Of a stretch of DNA of 64,000 nt, positions 7,868 to 15,978 are shown piece after piece. The stretch comes from a virus (Duplodnaviria; Caudoviricetes). Made by a program: the position numbers and the translations under genes. The notes beneath the pieces are model-generated. The model did not search any database. It saw only the letters and a program-made list of their open reading frames with translations, and was not told the origin of the DNA. Each line of letters opens with the position of its first letter. The stretch's first letter is position 1. Location of the stretch: IMG/VR virus record IMGVR_UViG_3300036982_000927, positions 1-64,000 of that record; one strand, 5' to 3'.

Positions 7868-9835
7868 ATGAACCCAATTAGTTTGGACACGGAAACATTT
7901 TTCTCGACAAAACTCAAATACTCGGTGCGCTCGACGCTCCCCGAGACCTACGTCAAGTCGCCGCTGTTCGAGTGCTATCTGGTGAGTGCCTGCGACGGGC
8001 GCACGGCCTGGGCCGGCTCTCCGGCGGACTTCAATTGGGCGGCTCTTGAGGGCCAGGTCTTGGTGAGTCACAACGCAAAATTCGATCAAGCGGTGATTGA
8101 GGAAATGCAGGAGCGCGGGCAGATTCCTAAGTTCACCCCGAAGGAGTGGCACTGTTCCGCCGCAATGTCGTCCTGGCGTTGCAACCGCCGGTCGCTCTCC
8201 CAAGCGTCGGAATACCTGCTCGGCGAAAAAATGTCGAAGGAAGTTCGGGAGGACAGCAACGGGCGCCATTGGAAGGATTACCTGTCCTCCGAGCGGGAAG
8301 CAATGCTGAAGTATGCCCGCCAGGATGCTGTGACCACCTGGCGGCTTTGGGACAAGATTTCGCCTGAGTGGCCCCAGTGGGAACGCGATCTGTCGGCGCA
8401 AACGATTCGGCAGGGGCAGCGTGGCGTGCAGATTGACACCGACCTGCTCAACGACTACCTAGTGCAGACGCACGAAATGAAGTTGGCCACGGAAAGGCTT
8501 TTACCTTGGCTGGAAGACAAATGGGACGACGAAGACGAATTCAACCAGAAGCCGACTTCGACCAAGTGCATCGCCGAACAATGCCGCCGCGTCGGCATCC
8601 CGTGCCCTCCGTTGAAGACTGAGGACGAAGAAGGCTTCATCGAGTGGGAAACAACCTACGGCGTCAGGCACCCTTGGATCGGCGCACTGTCGTCCTGGCG
8701 TTCCATCAATCGGCTGTTCAAAACGTTTGTTGCGGCGAAAGAGAACTTACGGCCTGATGGAACCATGCCCTTCGGTCTGAAATACTTTGGCGCTCACACG
8801 GGCCGTTGGTCCGGCGACGGAAAGATCAACTTGCAGAATCCGCGCAAACTTCCAGTCATGTGCGACGAGCGGGGTTTGATGGAAGTCAACGACGCCCGGG
8901 TGGCGGATGCCTTGAAGGAGCAAAAGGAAACCGGCAAGTTGCCGTCCTGGGTGCGCCACGTGATTGATTTTCGCCGGCTAATCATTCCTCGCCCGGGCAA
9001 GCGAATGATTGCTTGCGACCTGTCGCAGATTGAGCCGCGCGTGCTGAATTGGCTCGCCGGCAATCACGATCTGCTGCGTATGATCCAAGGGGGCATGGCG
9101 ATTTATGAAGCCCATGCCAGGGGGACAATGGGCTGGACTGGTGGCAAGTTGAAAGACGAAGACGCCGCTCAGTATGCCTTGGCCAAAGCTCGGTGTCTCG
9201 CTCTCGGTTATGGCGCCGGATGGGAGAAGTTCATAACAATGGCGAAGGCCCTCAGCGGCCTGGACATTGCCAAAGACGATCCCGAGTGGACGGTTGAACC
9301 TAATCCGGAATGTCCAGCGGGAGTGAGTGGCTACGGTGCTTATGCCCGCAAATGCGTTTCGGAGTTTCGTGCGCAAAATCCGAAGATCACTGAACTTTGG
9401 GCGCGCCTGGACTCCGGCCTTAAATCGTCGGTGGGCTACGACTACACCATAACATTGCCAAGCGGACGCAAGATGCGCTATGAACGAATCAGGGCGGAAA
9501 CTCGAATCGAGCCCGATCCGGAAACCAAAAAGCCACGCCGGAAGTTTGTGTTCACCGCTGACGTTGGCGGCAGGCGGTTTCCTTACTACGGTGGAAAATT
9601 AACTGAGAATGTGACGCAGGCGGTCGCGCGAGACATCTTTGCAACGCACCTTCTCGCCCTGGACAAGATGGAACGGGATTGCGTGCTGTTCTCAGTCCAC
9701 GACGAATCCGTCTGTGAAGTGTCCGATTCGATTTCCGTCAAAGATGTTGAGCACATTATGGGAACTTGTCCGGAATGGATTCACGGTTGCCCCGTGGGAG
9801 CGGAGGCAAAGGAAATTCCCTATTACTGTAAGTGA
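7868..9835 (+). CDS. polA: DNA polymerase family A with 3'-5' exonuclease
   Basis: ExoI LDTET, ExoII HNAKFD, ExoIII YARQD; motif A DLSQIEPR, motif B KARCLALGYG, motif C VHDE. Confidence 0.95.
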   Translation: MNPISLDTETFFSTKLKYSVRSTLPETYVKSPLFECYLVSACDGRTAWAGSPADFNWAALEGQVLVSHNAKFDQAVIEEMQERGQIPKFTPKEWHCSAAMSSWRCNRRSLSQASEYLLGEKMSKEVREDSNGRHWKDYLSSEREAMLKYARQDAVTTWRLWDKISPEWPQWERDLSAQTIRQGQRGVQIDTDLLNDYLVQTHEMKLATERLLPWLEDKWDDEDEFNQKPTSTKCIAEQCRRVGIPCPPLKTEDEEGFIEWETTYGVRHPWIGALSSWRSINRLFKTFVAAKENLRPDGTMPFGLKYFGAHTGRWSGDGKINLQNPRKLPVMCDERGLMEVNDARVADALKEQKETGKLPSWVRHVIDFRRLIIPRPGKRMIACDLSQIEPRVLNWLAGNHDLLRMIQGGMAIYEAHARGTMGWTGGKLKDEDAAQYALAKARCLALGYGAGWEKFITMAKALSGLDIAKDDPEWTVEPNPECPAGVSGYGAYARKCVSEFRAQNPKITELWARLDSGLKSSVGYDYTITLPSGRKMRYERIRAETRIEPDPETKKPRRKFVFTADVGGRRFPYYGGKLTENVTQAVARDIFATHLLALDKMERDCVLFSVHDESVCEVSDSISVKDVEHIMGTCPEWIHGCPVGAEAKEIPYYCK

Positions 9836-12030
9836 AACTGTTCTACGTCAACAATCTCACGGAGCAAACGGCGCACTGCGAAGTCGCTCCGTGGGACTTC
9901 AAGCAGACGGAAGAAATTCCGGCGCAGGTGCGCCAGGATAAGAAGGCCCGCCAGGATTTTTACCACAACACCAGCACGCACCACCAGTTCTATACTGGCT
10001 TCGAGGGGTGGAACCCGAACCAGCGTGTCAGCCAGAAAGACAATCCTCCGCGATTGCTGCACGCAATCTGCGTGGACTACGATACGGTTTTTTCGCAAGA
10101 GGCGGTGGATCGGGGCATCGAACGGATGGCAATAAAACCAACCTGGGTGGAAACATCCCTTGGCGGCGGATTGCACGCCGTCTGGCTGCTTTCCGAACCG
10201 CTGGCCGTTGGGGATTATGATTTCTCGGTTTTCCTAATGGGCCGAATGGTGAAATGGCTCGACCTGGGCCTGTTGCCTTGTTTGGACGAGCCGATGTTGA
10301 AAGACCCGGTTCGCCTGCTTTGTAACGGCGGCGCTTGGCGCAAAACGGGGGAACCAATTCCAGAAAACGCCGCCAGGGCCTTCTTCATGGAGTGCGGGCA
10401 ATCATACCATTACCGTCCGGCAAACCGGGTGAACATCCCACTGGCCGACGTGGAAAAGGAACTGCGCGCAAAATACCCTCGCCTTGAGTCCTGGGAAGGC
10501 GCCTTCGATTATGAGGCGATGGGGCCGAGTTTCTGGGTTGAAGGCTCCGTGTCCCCGCGTTCTGCTATCGTCAAAACGGAGGGCCTTTTCACTTTCGCGG
10601 CCCACGCGGCGAAGCCGTTCTACTCGTGGAAAGACCTCCTCGGGGCCGAATTCGTGGAAAAATACATGGTGGAAATCATGGGGTCCGCCACCAAAGGGGT
10701 TTACTTCGACGGCGTGAAGTTTTGGAAATACAATCCCGCGCTGTTCAAAATGTGCGACATAGACGCGGCGTCCCTTCAGCGAGACCTTCGCGTTGAAAAG
10801 AAACTGTCGGGGAAGCCGGACAACGATGGCACCGGATCACCCCTTGAGAAGGCCCTGAACTACATTCAAAACTACAACCGGGTGGACAGCGCGCTCCCGG
10901 TGTTGTTCCGTCCGGCGGGAGTGATTGAGCTTTGCGGCAACACGGTTTTGAACACCATTGTCCGCAGTCGGGTCATGCAGCCCGCCGCCGAGCCGGGAGT
11001 CTGGGGGCCGTCGGGTAACTTTCCCACCATTTCGATGGTGCTCGACAACATGTTTGATCCGAAGATTCAGTTGGGGCACTACCTGGCGTGGCACCGGGTC
11101 TTCTACAAGAGCGCCCTTGAGGGCCTGGGTTGCGCCGGCCAGGCGATCTTTATGTCCGGCGGCGCCGGCATCGGCAAGACCCTCAACAGCACGAAAATAG
11201 TGGGCGGAACCGTCGGCGGTTTTGCGGACGGTTCAAAGTATGTCACGGGGCAAGACAACTTCGGCGGCGAGTTGTTCGAGAAGCCACTGATTTGCATTGA
11301 CGATGAAGTCGTTTCTTCGAGCGACAATGTGAAGACCAAGATGGAAGCCATCCTGAAACAACTTGTCGCGAACGTCTTTCAGCGGGTTCACAACAAATTC
11401 CAGAAGGCCGGGGTGACCGAATACTACGGGCGCGCCATCTTCACCACCAACCTGGACCTGGTGGCGCTGCGCATGACCCCCACGTTGAGTGAGGGCATGA
11501 AGCAAAAGGTGAACCTCTACCGTTGCGCCATGAAGGCCGACCGTCCCGATCTGATTTTTCCGCCCGACCGCGAACTCGCCAGGATGATCGAGACGGAACT
11601 TCCTAGCTACTGCCGTTTTTTGCTTGATTACGAGATTCCTACAGAATACCTGGGCGACGCGCGTTTTACTATCAAGGCATACCATGACCCGTCCCTTCGC
11701 GAGCGTTCTTTCCAGAGCACTCGTGCGTCAACTTTCGCCGAGTTGCTTGTCGAACTTTTGGTTACCTTTTTCAAAGACCATCCGGAAGCCGTTTCCTATG
11801 TGGCGACGGCCACGCAGTTGACGAGAGAAATCCTGTCGAACCCTTTGAATCAAGAAATCTTGCGGACACTTAGGTCAGAACAGGTAAATCGTTACCTCGA
11901 ACAGTTACAACGGGACGGTCGTTTTTCTTGTCGGACAAAAGACGCTTGCTACGGCACTCGTCGTTGGGAGTTCGACCGGTTAAAAGACGAACCGATGCCC
12001 CCTCTTACAAATGGAACACGTTTCGATTAA
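9832..12030 (+). CDS. AEP primase fused to SF3/D5-like helicase
   Basis: VDYD and TSLGGGLHAVW primase motifs; GGAGIGKT Walker A, ICIDDE Walker B, TTN motif C. Confidence 0.85.
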   Translation: MKLFYVNNLTEQTAHCEVAPWDFKQTEEIPAQVRQDKKARQDFYHNTSTHHQFYTGFEGWNPNQRVSQKDNPPRLLHAICVDYDTVFSQEAVDRGIERMAIKPTWVETSLGGGLHAVWLLSEPLAVGDYDFSVFLMGRMVKWLDLGLLPCLDEPMLKDPVRLLCNGGAWRKTGEPIPENAARAFFMECGQSYHYRPANRVNIPLADVEKELRAKYPRLESWEGAFDYEAMGPSFWVEGSVSPRSAIVKTEGLFTFAAHAAKPFYSWKDLLGAEFVEKYMVEIMGSATKGVYFDGVKFWKYNPALFKMCDIDAASLQRDLRVEKKLSGKPDNDGTGSPLEKALNYIQNYNRVDSALPVLFRPAGVIELCGNTVLNTIVRSRVMQPAAEPGVWGPSGNFPTISMVLDNMFDPKIQLGHYLAWHRVFYKSALEGLGCAGQAIFMSGGAGIGKTLNSTKIVGGTVGGFADGSKYVTGQDNFGGELFEKPLICIDDEVVSSSDNVKTKMEAILKQLVANVFQRVHNKFQKAGVTEYYGRAIFTTNLDLVALRMTPTLSEGMKQKVNLYRCAMKADRPDLIFPPDRELARMIETELPSYCRFLLDYEIPTEYLGDARFTIKAYHDPSLRERSFQSTRASTFAELLVELLVTFFKDHPEAVSYVATATQLTREILSNPLNQEILRTLRSEQVNRYLEQLQRDGRFSCRTKDACYGTRRWEFDRLKDEPMPPLTNGTRFD

Positions 12031-12688
12031 CAAGCTCCTTGAGGGCTACCCCCGGGAAACCTTGTCCGAAGAGGACGAGGCTAAACTAACTCGCGTAATC
12101 GTTCAGTTCAAAGGCGGCGAAAAGCGCGCTGAAGCGCAGCAAAAGTTGGTCCTCGCCAGTCTGCGGGACGCCTTCTTTTACGCCAGAAAATGCGCTCGTG
12201 CCCGCTTGCCGGACGAAGAAATTGTCTCACTGTGCTACGCTGCACTGGTGCGCGCGGCGGCCCGAGTAAACCCCGGCAAGGGCCGTTTTTTCGCTTATGC
12301 GAAGCCCTACCTTCGCGGCGCCGTTTGTCGCGCCTGGCGTTCCCTCGACGTGGTGCGCAACGGTGGCAACGCCGAGTCCCTGGACACCAACCCAGACGCA
12401 GACGACGGCGATGAATACGACAACAACAAGGAACGGGTGGACCCCGTGGACCCGGAGTTCGGGCTCATTGACCTAACCGAAAAGTGGGCAATCGTGGAAC
12501 CGCTCCTTAAGAAGTTGTCCCCGTCAGAGCGCACCGTGTTGAACCTTCGATACCAACAGGGCCTCAATTTTCGCGAGATCGGCGACAAACTCAAGGTGAC
12601 AAGAAGCGCTACGCAGGGCACTCACGCCCGGGCGTTACGCAAGTTGCGTAATGCTCTCTTACGGCAACACAAGCTTTACGATTTGTGA
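12011..12688 (+). CDS. Sigma-70 family RNA polymerase sigma factor
   Basis: Region 2 ALVRAAARVNPGKGRFFAYAKPYLRG; region 4 HTH LSPSERTVLNLRY...FREIGDKLKVTRSATQGTHARALRKLR. Confidence 0.85.
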   Translation: MEHVSINKLLEGYPRETLSEEDEAKLTRVIVQFKGGEKRAEAQQKLVLASLRDAFFYARKCARARLPDEEIVSLCYAALVRAAARVNPGKGRFFAYAKPYLRGAVCRAWRSLDVVRNGGNAESLDTNPDADDGDEYDNNKERVDPVDPEFGLIDLTEKWAIVEPLLKKLSPSERTVLNLRYQQGLNFREIGDKLKVTRSATQGTHARALRKLRNALLRQHKLYDL

Positions 12689-13245
12689 AAAGGATTCTCG
12701 CGCTCGACCTAGGTTGCCACACCGGGGTTGCGCACACAGACGCCAAGGCTCCTGACGGGTTCGCGTGCTTCACGCTGGACCTGAACAAACTGGTGGACAT
12801 GAAGGCCGCCCGGGAGCGCCGGCTGGACCGCCGGGCTGACCCCCGAGTGCTTCGCTTCTTTGAGTGGTTGCAGGAGCGGATCGGCCTGTTCGACATTGTA
12901 GTCTGGGAGGACGTGCAATTTTCCGAGACGACGATGCAGACACAACTCTGGTCCAGTTTTCGCACGGCGGTCTGGCTGGCCTTCGGTGGACGCAATGACT
13001 GCTTTGTGGACTGCGTGCCCGTCGGCTCGCTGAAGAAGTTCGCCACCGGCAGTGGCGCCGCCGGCAAACCCGACATGGCCCGTGCGCTCATGCGGAGGTT
13101 TCCCGAACGATTCGCCATGCCGCCTAAAGGCGCGTGTAAAAGCATCGTTTTGTATGACCGATTCACTCAACTGGCGTTGACTGATGACGCAGTAGATGGT
13201 AGTTTCCTCTTGTTGTGGGCGCAAAATTACCTGAGCAAAATATGA
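12685..13245 (+). CDS. RuvC-like Holliday junction resolvase
   Basis: ILALDLG, VWED, LKKFATGSG.A.K, DDAVD. Confidence 0.8.
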   Translation: MKRILALDLGCHTGVAHTDAKAPDGFACFTLDLNKLVDMKAARERRLDRRADPRVLRFFEWLQERIGLFDIVVWEDVQFSETTMQTQLWSSFRTAVWLAFGGRNDCFVDCVPVGSLKKFATGSGAAGKPDMARALMRRFPERFAMPPKGACKSIVLYDRFTQLALTDDAVDGSFLLLWAQNYLSKI

Positions 13246-14000
13246 AACAGAAGCCCTCACAAATCTTGGCCCAACCGAAAGAGATCGCGACGCACAACCA
13301 AGTGGCAATTCTAATGGGCATCGTGGACGGGCTGTCGCATATTCTGCGCGCCCCCGCTTTCGACCCCGCCGGCAACCCGGTGGATCAAAAGCTTGACGGC
13401 GGAGTAAAGTGCTCGCTGGAAGGAACCTTGATCAAGACCCTGACGCAACTGGATTTCATTGTGGACGAGCGGGGCCGCTGGAACGTGAGCGAGCAGCTAA
13501 AGATAGAGAAGGCGGCCAGAGAGGCGGTTCAAGCCAACCGTAATTTTCTTCGAGCGCAAACCGCCGCCTCCGCCCACATTATTCGCCCTTGTGTGCGCCA
13601 TCAACCGTCGCTTGTCAAGATCACCGACGGAACCTATGCGGCAATTCTCGGCGACATGGAAGACATGGCTAATTGCATAATTGGTCAGGGCCGCAGTCCC
13701 GAGGAAGCCTTAAAGGCTTTCGATAAAATTTTTTCCGGACGCGTGCCAGAGCACGTGCGTAAGTGGGCCGGCACTCCAACACAACCAGAAAACGAAAAGA
13801 AACCGAATGAACAGCCGAACAAATTGGACCCCCGAATTAGTCAACCGCCTGCTGGAACTCCGCCGGGCGGGAAAGTCAGCGATTCAGATAGCCGAAAGCT
13901 TGTCCGTAGGCGTCTATACGGTCCAAAACAAACTCGCACGAATCGGAACCCCCGAAAGGCTGGCGGCGGCACTGACCCCGGAGCAGGCAGCCCAAACTGA
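13242..14000 (+). CDS. Hypothetical protein
   Basis: Long ORF starting at an ATGA overlap; its low-complexity tail overlaps the next gene by 194 nt. Confidence 0.65.
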   Translation: MKQKPSQILAQPKEIATHNQVAILMGIVDGLSHILRAPAFDPAGNPVDQKLDGGVKCSLEGTLIKTLTQLDFIVDERGRWNVSEQLKIEKAAREAVQANRNFLRAQTAASAHIIRPCVRHQPSLVKITDGTYAAILGDMEDMANCIIGQGRSPEEALKAFDKIFSGRVPEHVRKWAGTPTQPENEKKPNEQPNKLDPRISQPPAGTPPGGKVSDSDSRKLVRRRLYGPKQTRTNRNPRKAGGGTDPGAGSPN

Positions 14001-15075
14001 AGAGCCCAAGGACGCGGCGTTCTGGCGTTCCGAAGCTCAGCGGCTGGGCAAGGAGTTGTCCAAAGCGGAAGCCACAAAGACGGCCACTGAAATGCTGGTG
14101 GAAGAAGCCGCCAGGTTGGCCCCTACCTCTTACTCTCCGGCGCCTGCACTGCCTGAACACCCCCCGAAAGGAGCGGGCAGCCCCCAGTCGGCGGTCCTCA
14201 TGTTTTCCGATTGCCACGTGGGCCAAGTGGTCACCGGCGAGCAGACATTGGGGCTCGGGAACTACAATTTCGAGATTTTCCTTCGTCGGCTCGCGCGGTT
14301 GGAACATTCCGTTTTCAGCATCTTGCAGGACCACACCACAACGTCAGTTGACGAGATCGTCGTAGCGGCTCTAGGTGATTTCGTCCACGGGGCGTTAATT
14401 CATTCTGTCGAAGCCGGACAGGTGACTACGGTATTTGAACAGGTGTTTAGCGCCAGTCATGTCATTGCCCAGTTTCTTCGCAACTTAAGTCAACTGGCCC
14501 CGGTGCGCGTTCACGCCGCCGCAGGAAATCATGGGCGGTTTCAAAACCAACACCGTATGCCGGCCAACAATCGTTTTTCTAATTTCGATTCGTTTGTGCT
14601 GGCGCATATTCAGGCGTTGTTGCGGGATTGCCCCCGGGTCGTAGTAAATCTCGACAAACAGCCGTTTGCTCGTTTCGACGTGCAGGGTTTCAAATTTCTT
14701 ATGGGTCACGGCGACAACCTTCGGGGTGGAGACCGCAATCTCGGAATACCAAATCACGCCATTGGCCGCACTACTACCGTGCATTCGCAACTCGCGTTCC
14801 GTAGCGGCAACCCGCTTCCTCACTATTTTCTATTCGGCCACTTGCATAGACCAATTCAAATTCCGACGACGATGGGTTCCGTGTATATAAATGGCGGATT
14901 TCCGGGAATAGATGGGTTCGCGCTTATGGAAGCCTTCAACAGTTCATTTCCGTCGCAGCGATTCTTCCTTGTTCACCCTCGCTTCGGGGTCAGCGCGAGC
15001 TATGAGTTGCGCCTAGACTTGGGGGACGCGATTCCGCACCAATACACCCTGCCCGAAAATTTCTGTTGCAAGTAG
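13807..15075 (+). CDS. Calcineurin-like metallophosphoesterase with N-terminal GcrA-like HTH
   Basis: SDCHVG, GDFVHG, GNHGR, GHGD, GHLH motifs; N-terminal WTPELVNRLLELRRAGKSAIQIA. Confidence 0.85.
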   Translation: MNSRTNWTPELVNRLLELRRAGKSAIQIAESLSVGVYTVQNKLARIGTPERLAAALTPEQAAQTEEPKDAAFWRSEAQRLGKELSKAEATKTATEMLVEEAARLAPTSYSPAPALPEHPPKGAGSPQSAVLMFSDCHVGQVVTGEQTLGLGNYNFEIFLRRLARLEHSVFSILQDHTTTSVDEIVVAALGDFVHGALIHSVEAGQVTTVFEQVFSASHVIAQFLRNLSQLAPVRVHAAAGNHGRFQNQHRMPANNRFSNFDSFVLAHIQALLRDCPRVVVNLDKQPFARFDVQGFKFLMGHGDNLRGGDRNLGIPNHAIGRTTTVHSQLAFRSGNPLPHYFLFGHLHRPIQIPTTMGSVYINGGFPGIDGFALMEAFNSSFPSQRFFLVHPRFGVSASYELRLDLGDAIPHQYTLPENFCCK

Positions 15076-15107
15076 CATGGGCCGTCCATCAAAAAACGTC
15101 GCAGTCA

Positions 15108-15224
15108 ATGGACGGCGATCTGCTGAAGTGGCCCACCGTCCGGGAGGCCCGGGAATACGTGGACCGCTACCATCTTGACCAAGAGGGCGAAGTCCTGATA
15201 GTCGGTTTACATGATGACGACTGA
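15108..15224 (+). CDS. 38 aa hypothetical protein (MDGDLLKWPTVREAREYVDRYHL...)
   Basis: Short ORF read by hand in the gap before the RNA promoter. Confidence 0.35.
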   Translation: MDGDLLKWPTVREAREYVDRYHLDQEGEVLIVGLHDDD

Positions 15225-15241
15225 AACTTTCAAAGTCGGCC

Positions 15242-15269
15242 TTGACTTTTGACTGGACTGTGGCACCTT
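15242..15269 (+). promoter_or_regulatory. Promoter of the structured-RNA operon
   Basis: TTGACT-16-CACCTT with TG extension; predicted +1 coincides with G15276, the 5' end of the first RNA. Confidence 0.55.
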
Positions 15270-15275
15270 ACTTTT

Positions 15276-15381
15276 GCCAGGATGGGATTCCGATGGGGTT
15301 TTGCCCTGCTGTCTGACGCTGAACAAATAGGCGAGCGGTAGGTGCCCACCGGGGCGGGTTTAACTTCCGCCACTGGCACCA
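15276..15381 (+). ncRNA. tRNA-like RNA A (106 nt, bulged acceptor stem, long variable arm, 3' ACCA)
   Basis: GCCAG(GA)TG pairs with CACTGGC; T-arm GCGGG-TTTAACT-TCCGC; V-arm CGGT...ACCG; ends ACCA. Confidence 0.55.
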
Positions 15382-15388
15382 GATTTTT

Positions 15389-15464
15389 CGGGAAAGTCGT
15401 CTAATATCAAGACGCCCAAGAGACGTTTTGGGAAATGCGTGGTGAAAATCCCGCCGCCCGACCA
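15389..15464 (+). ncRNA. Degenerate tRNA-like RNA B (76 nt, 3' ACCA)
   Basis: D-arm CGTC/GACG, anticodon-like arm CCCAA/TTGGG with 8-nt loop, T-loop TGAAAAT, only 4 acceptor pairs. Confidence 0.55.
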
Positions 15465-15469
15465 GATTT

Positions 15470-15539
15470 CCGCGACACCTGCGGGCGACCTAGGCCAACG
15501 TGAAGTGGTGTGACCTGCGGGGCGAGAGCGCCCTGCACA
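15470..15539 (+). ncRNA. Structured RNA C of unknown class
   Basis: ACACC/GGTGT helix and a 9-bp TGCGGGGCG-AGAG-CGCCCTGCA hairpin, flanked by the same ATTT spacers as the neighbouring RNAs. Confidence 0.35.
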
Positions 15540-15545
15540 ATTTTT

Positions 15546-15622
15546 CGGGGTGTAATGTCAGCAGCCAGACGGCCCGGCCTGGAACCGGGAGGTCGTAGGT
15601 GCAAGTCCTACCACCCCGACCA
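15546..15622 (+). tRNA. tRNA-Pro(TGG), non-canonical
   Basis: 7 bp acceptor CGGGGTG/CACCCCG, anticodon arm CCCGG-ccTGGaa-CCGGG, T-arm GTAGG-TGCAAGT-CCTAC, encoded ACCA. Confidence 0.85.
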
Positions 15623-15625
15623 ATT

Positions 15626-15699
15626 TCGGCCCGGCGTGCCTTAACATAACAGCCGACCCGCCACCAACGGCGGACCTGGGTGGGAACCCCGGGGGCCGA
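15626..15699 (+). ncRNA. tRNA-like RNA E (74 nt cloverleaf, no CCA)
   Basis: Acceptor TCGGCCC/GGGCCGA, arm CCGCC-ACCAAC-GGCGG, T-arm CTGGG-TGGGAAC-CCCGG abutting the acceptor strand. Confidence 0.55.
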
Positions 15700-15717
15700 T
15701 TATCCTCAAAAAAGAAT

Positions 15718-15745
15718 TTGACGTTTAAACAACTTGTGCGACATT
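15718..15745 (+). promoter_or_regulatory. Repeated leaderless promoter, copy 1
   Basis: TTGACGTTTAAACAACTTGTGCGACATT, ATG 6 nt downstream. Confidence 0.8.
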
Positions 15746-15751
15746 AAGACC

Positions 15752-15940
15752 ATGAACAAAATCGAATTCATAAAGGCCCTTAAAAAGGTTGGTCCCGTGT
15801 TTGTATGGGTCAATCTCTATGGGGCCGACGGGGAGTATGTGCAGGCAAACAAAACGCATCTTCTCGAACTTGCAGAAAACTCGCCAGAGGATTCACGTTT
15901 TGAAGCGGTCTTGCGGGCTGGGGGCCTTCACATTAACTAA
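15752..15940 (+). CDS. Hypothetical protein (early-type)
   Basis: ATG directly after promoter copy 1. Confidence 0.7.
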   Translation: MNKIEFIKALKKVGPVFVWVNLYGADGEYVQANKTHLLELAENSPEDSRFEAVLRAGGLHIN

Positions 15941-15944
15941 AAAT

Positions 15945-15972
15945 TTGACGTTTAAACAACTTGTGCGACATT
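15945..15972 (+). promoter_or_regulatory. Repeated leaderless promoter, copy 2
   Basis: 28 nt identical to copy 1; ATG 6 nt downstream. Confidence 0.8.
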
Positions 15973-15978
15973 AAAGCC

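Noticed and set aside
7868-12030. Inteins or introns in polymerase, primase, helicase or terminase
   Set aside because: No C/S...HN-C/S/T splice motifs or LAGLIDADG blocks; lengths are ordinary and the ORFs uninterrupted
15465-15545. Theta/HDV-like or hammerhead ribozyme after a tRNA 3' end
   Set aside because: No HDV L3/J4-2 consensus and no CUGAUGA/GAAA core could be placed
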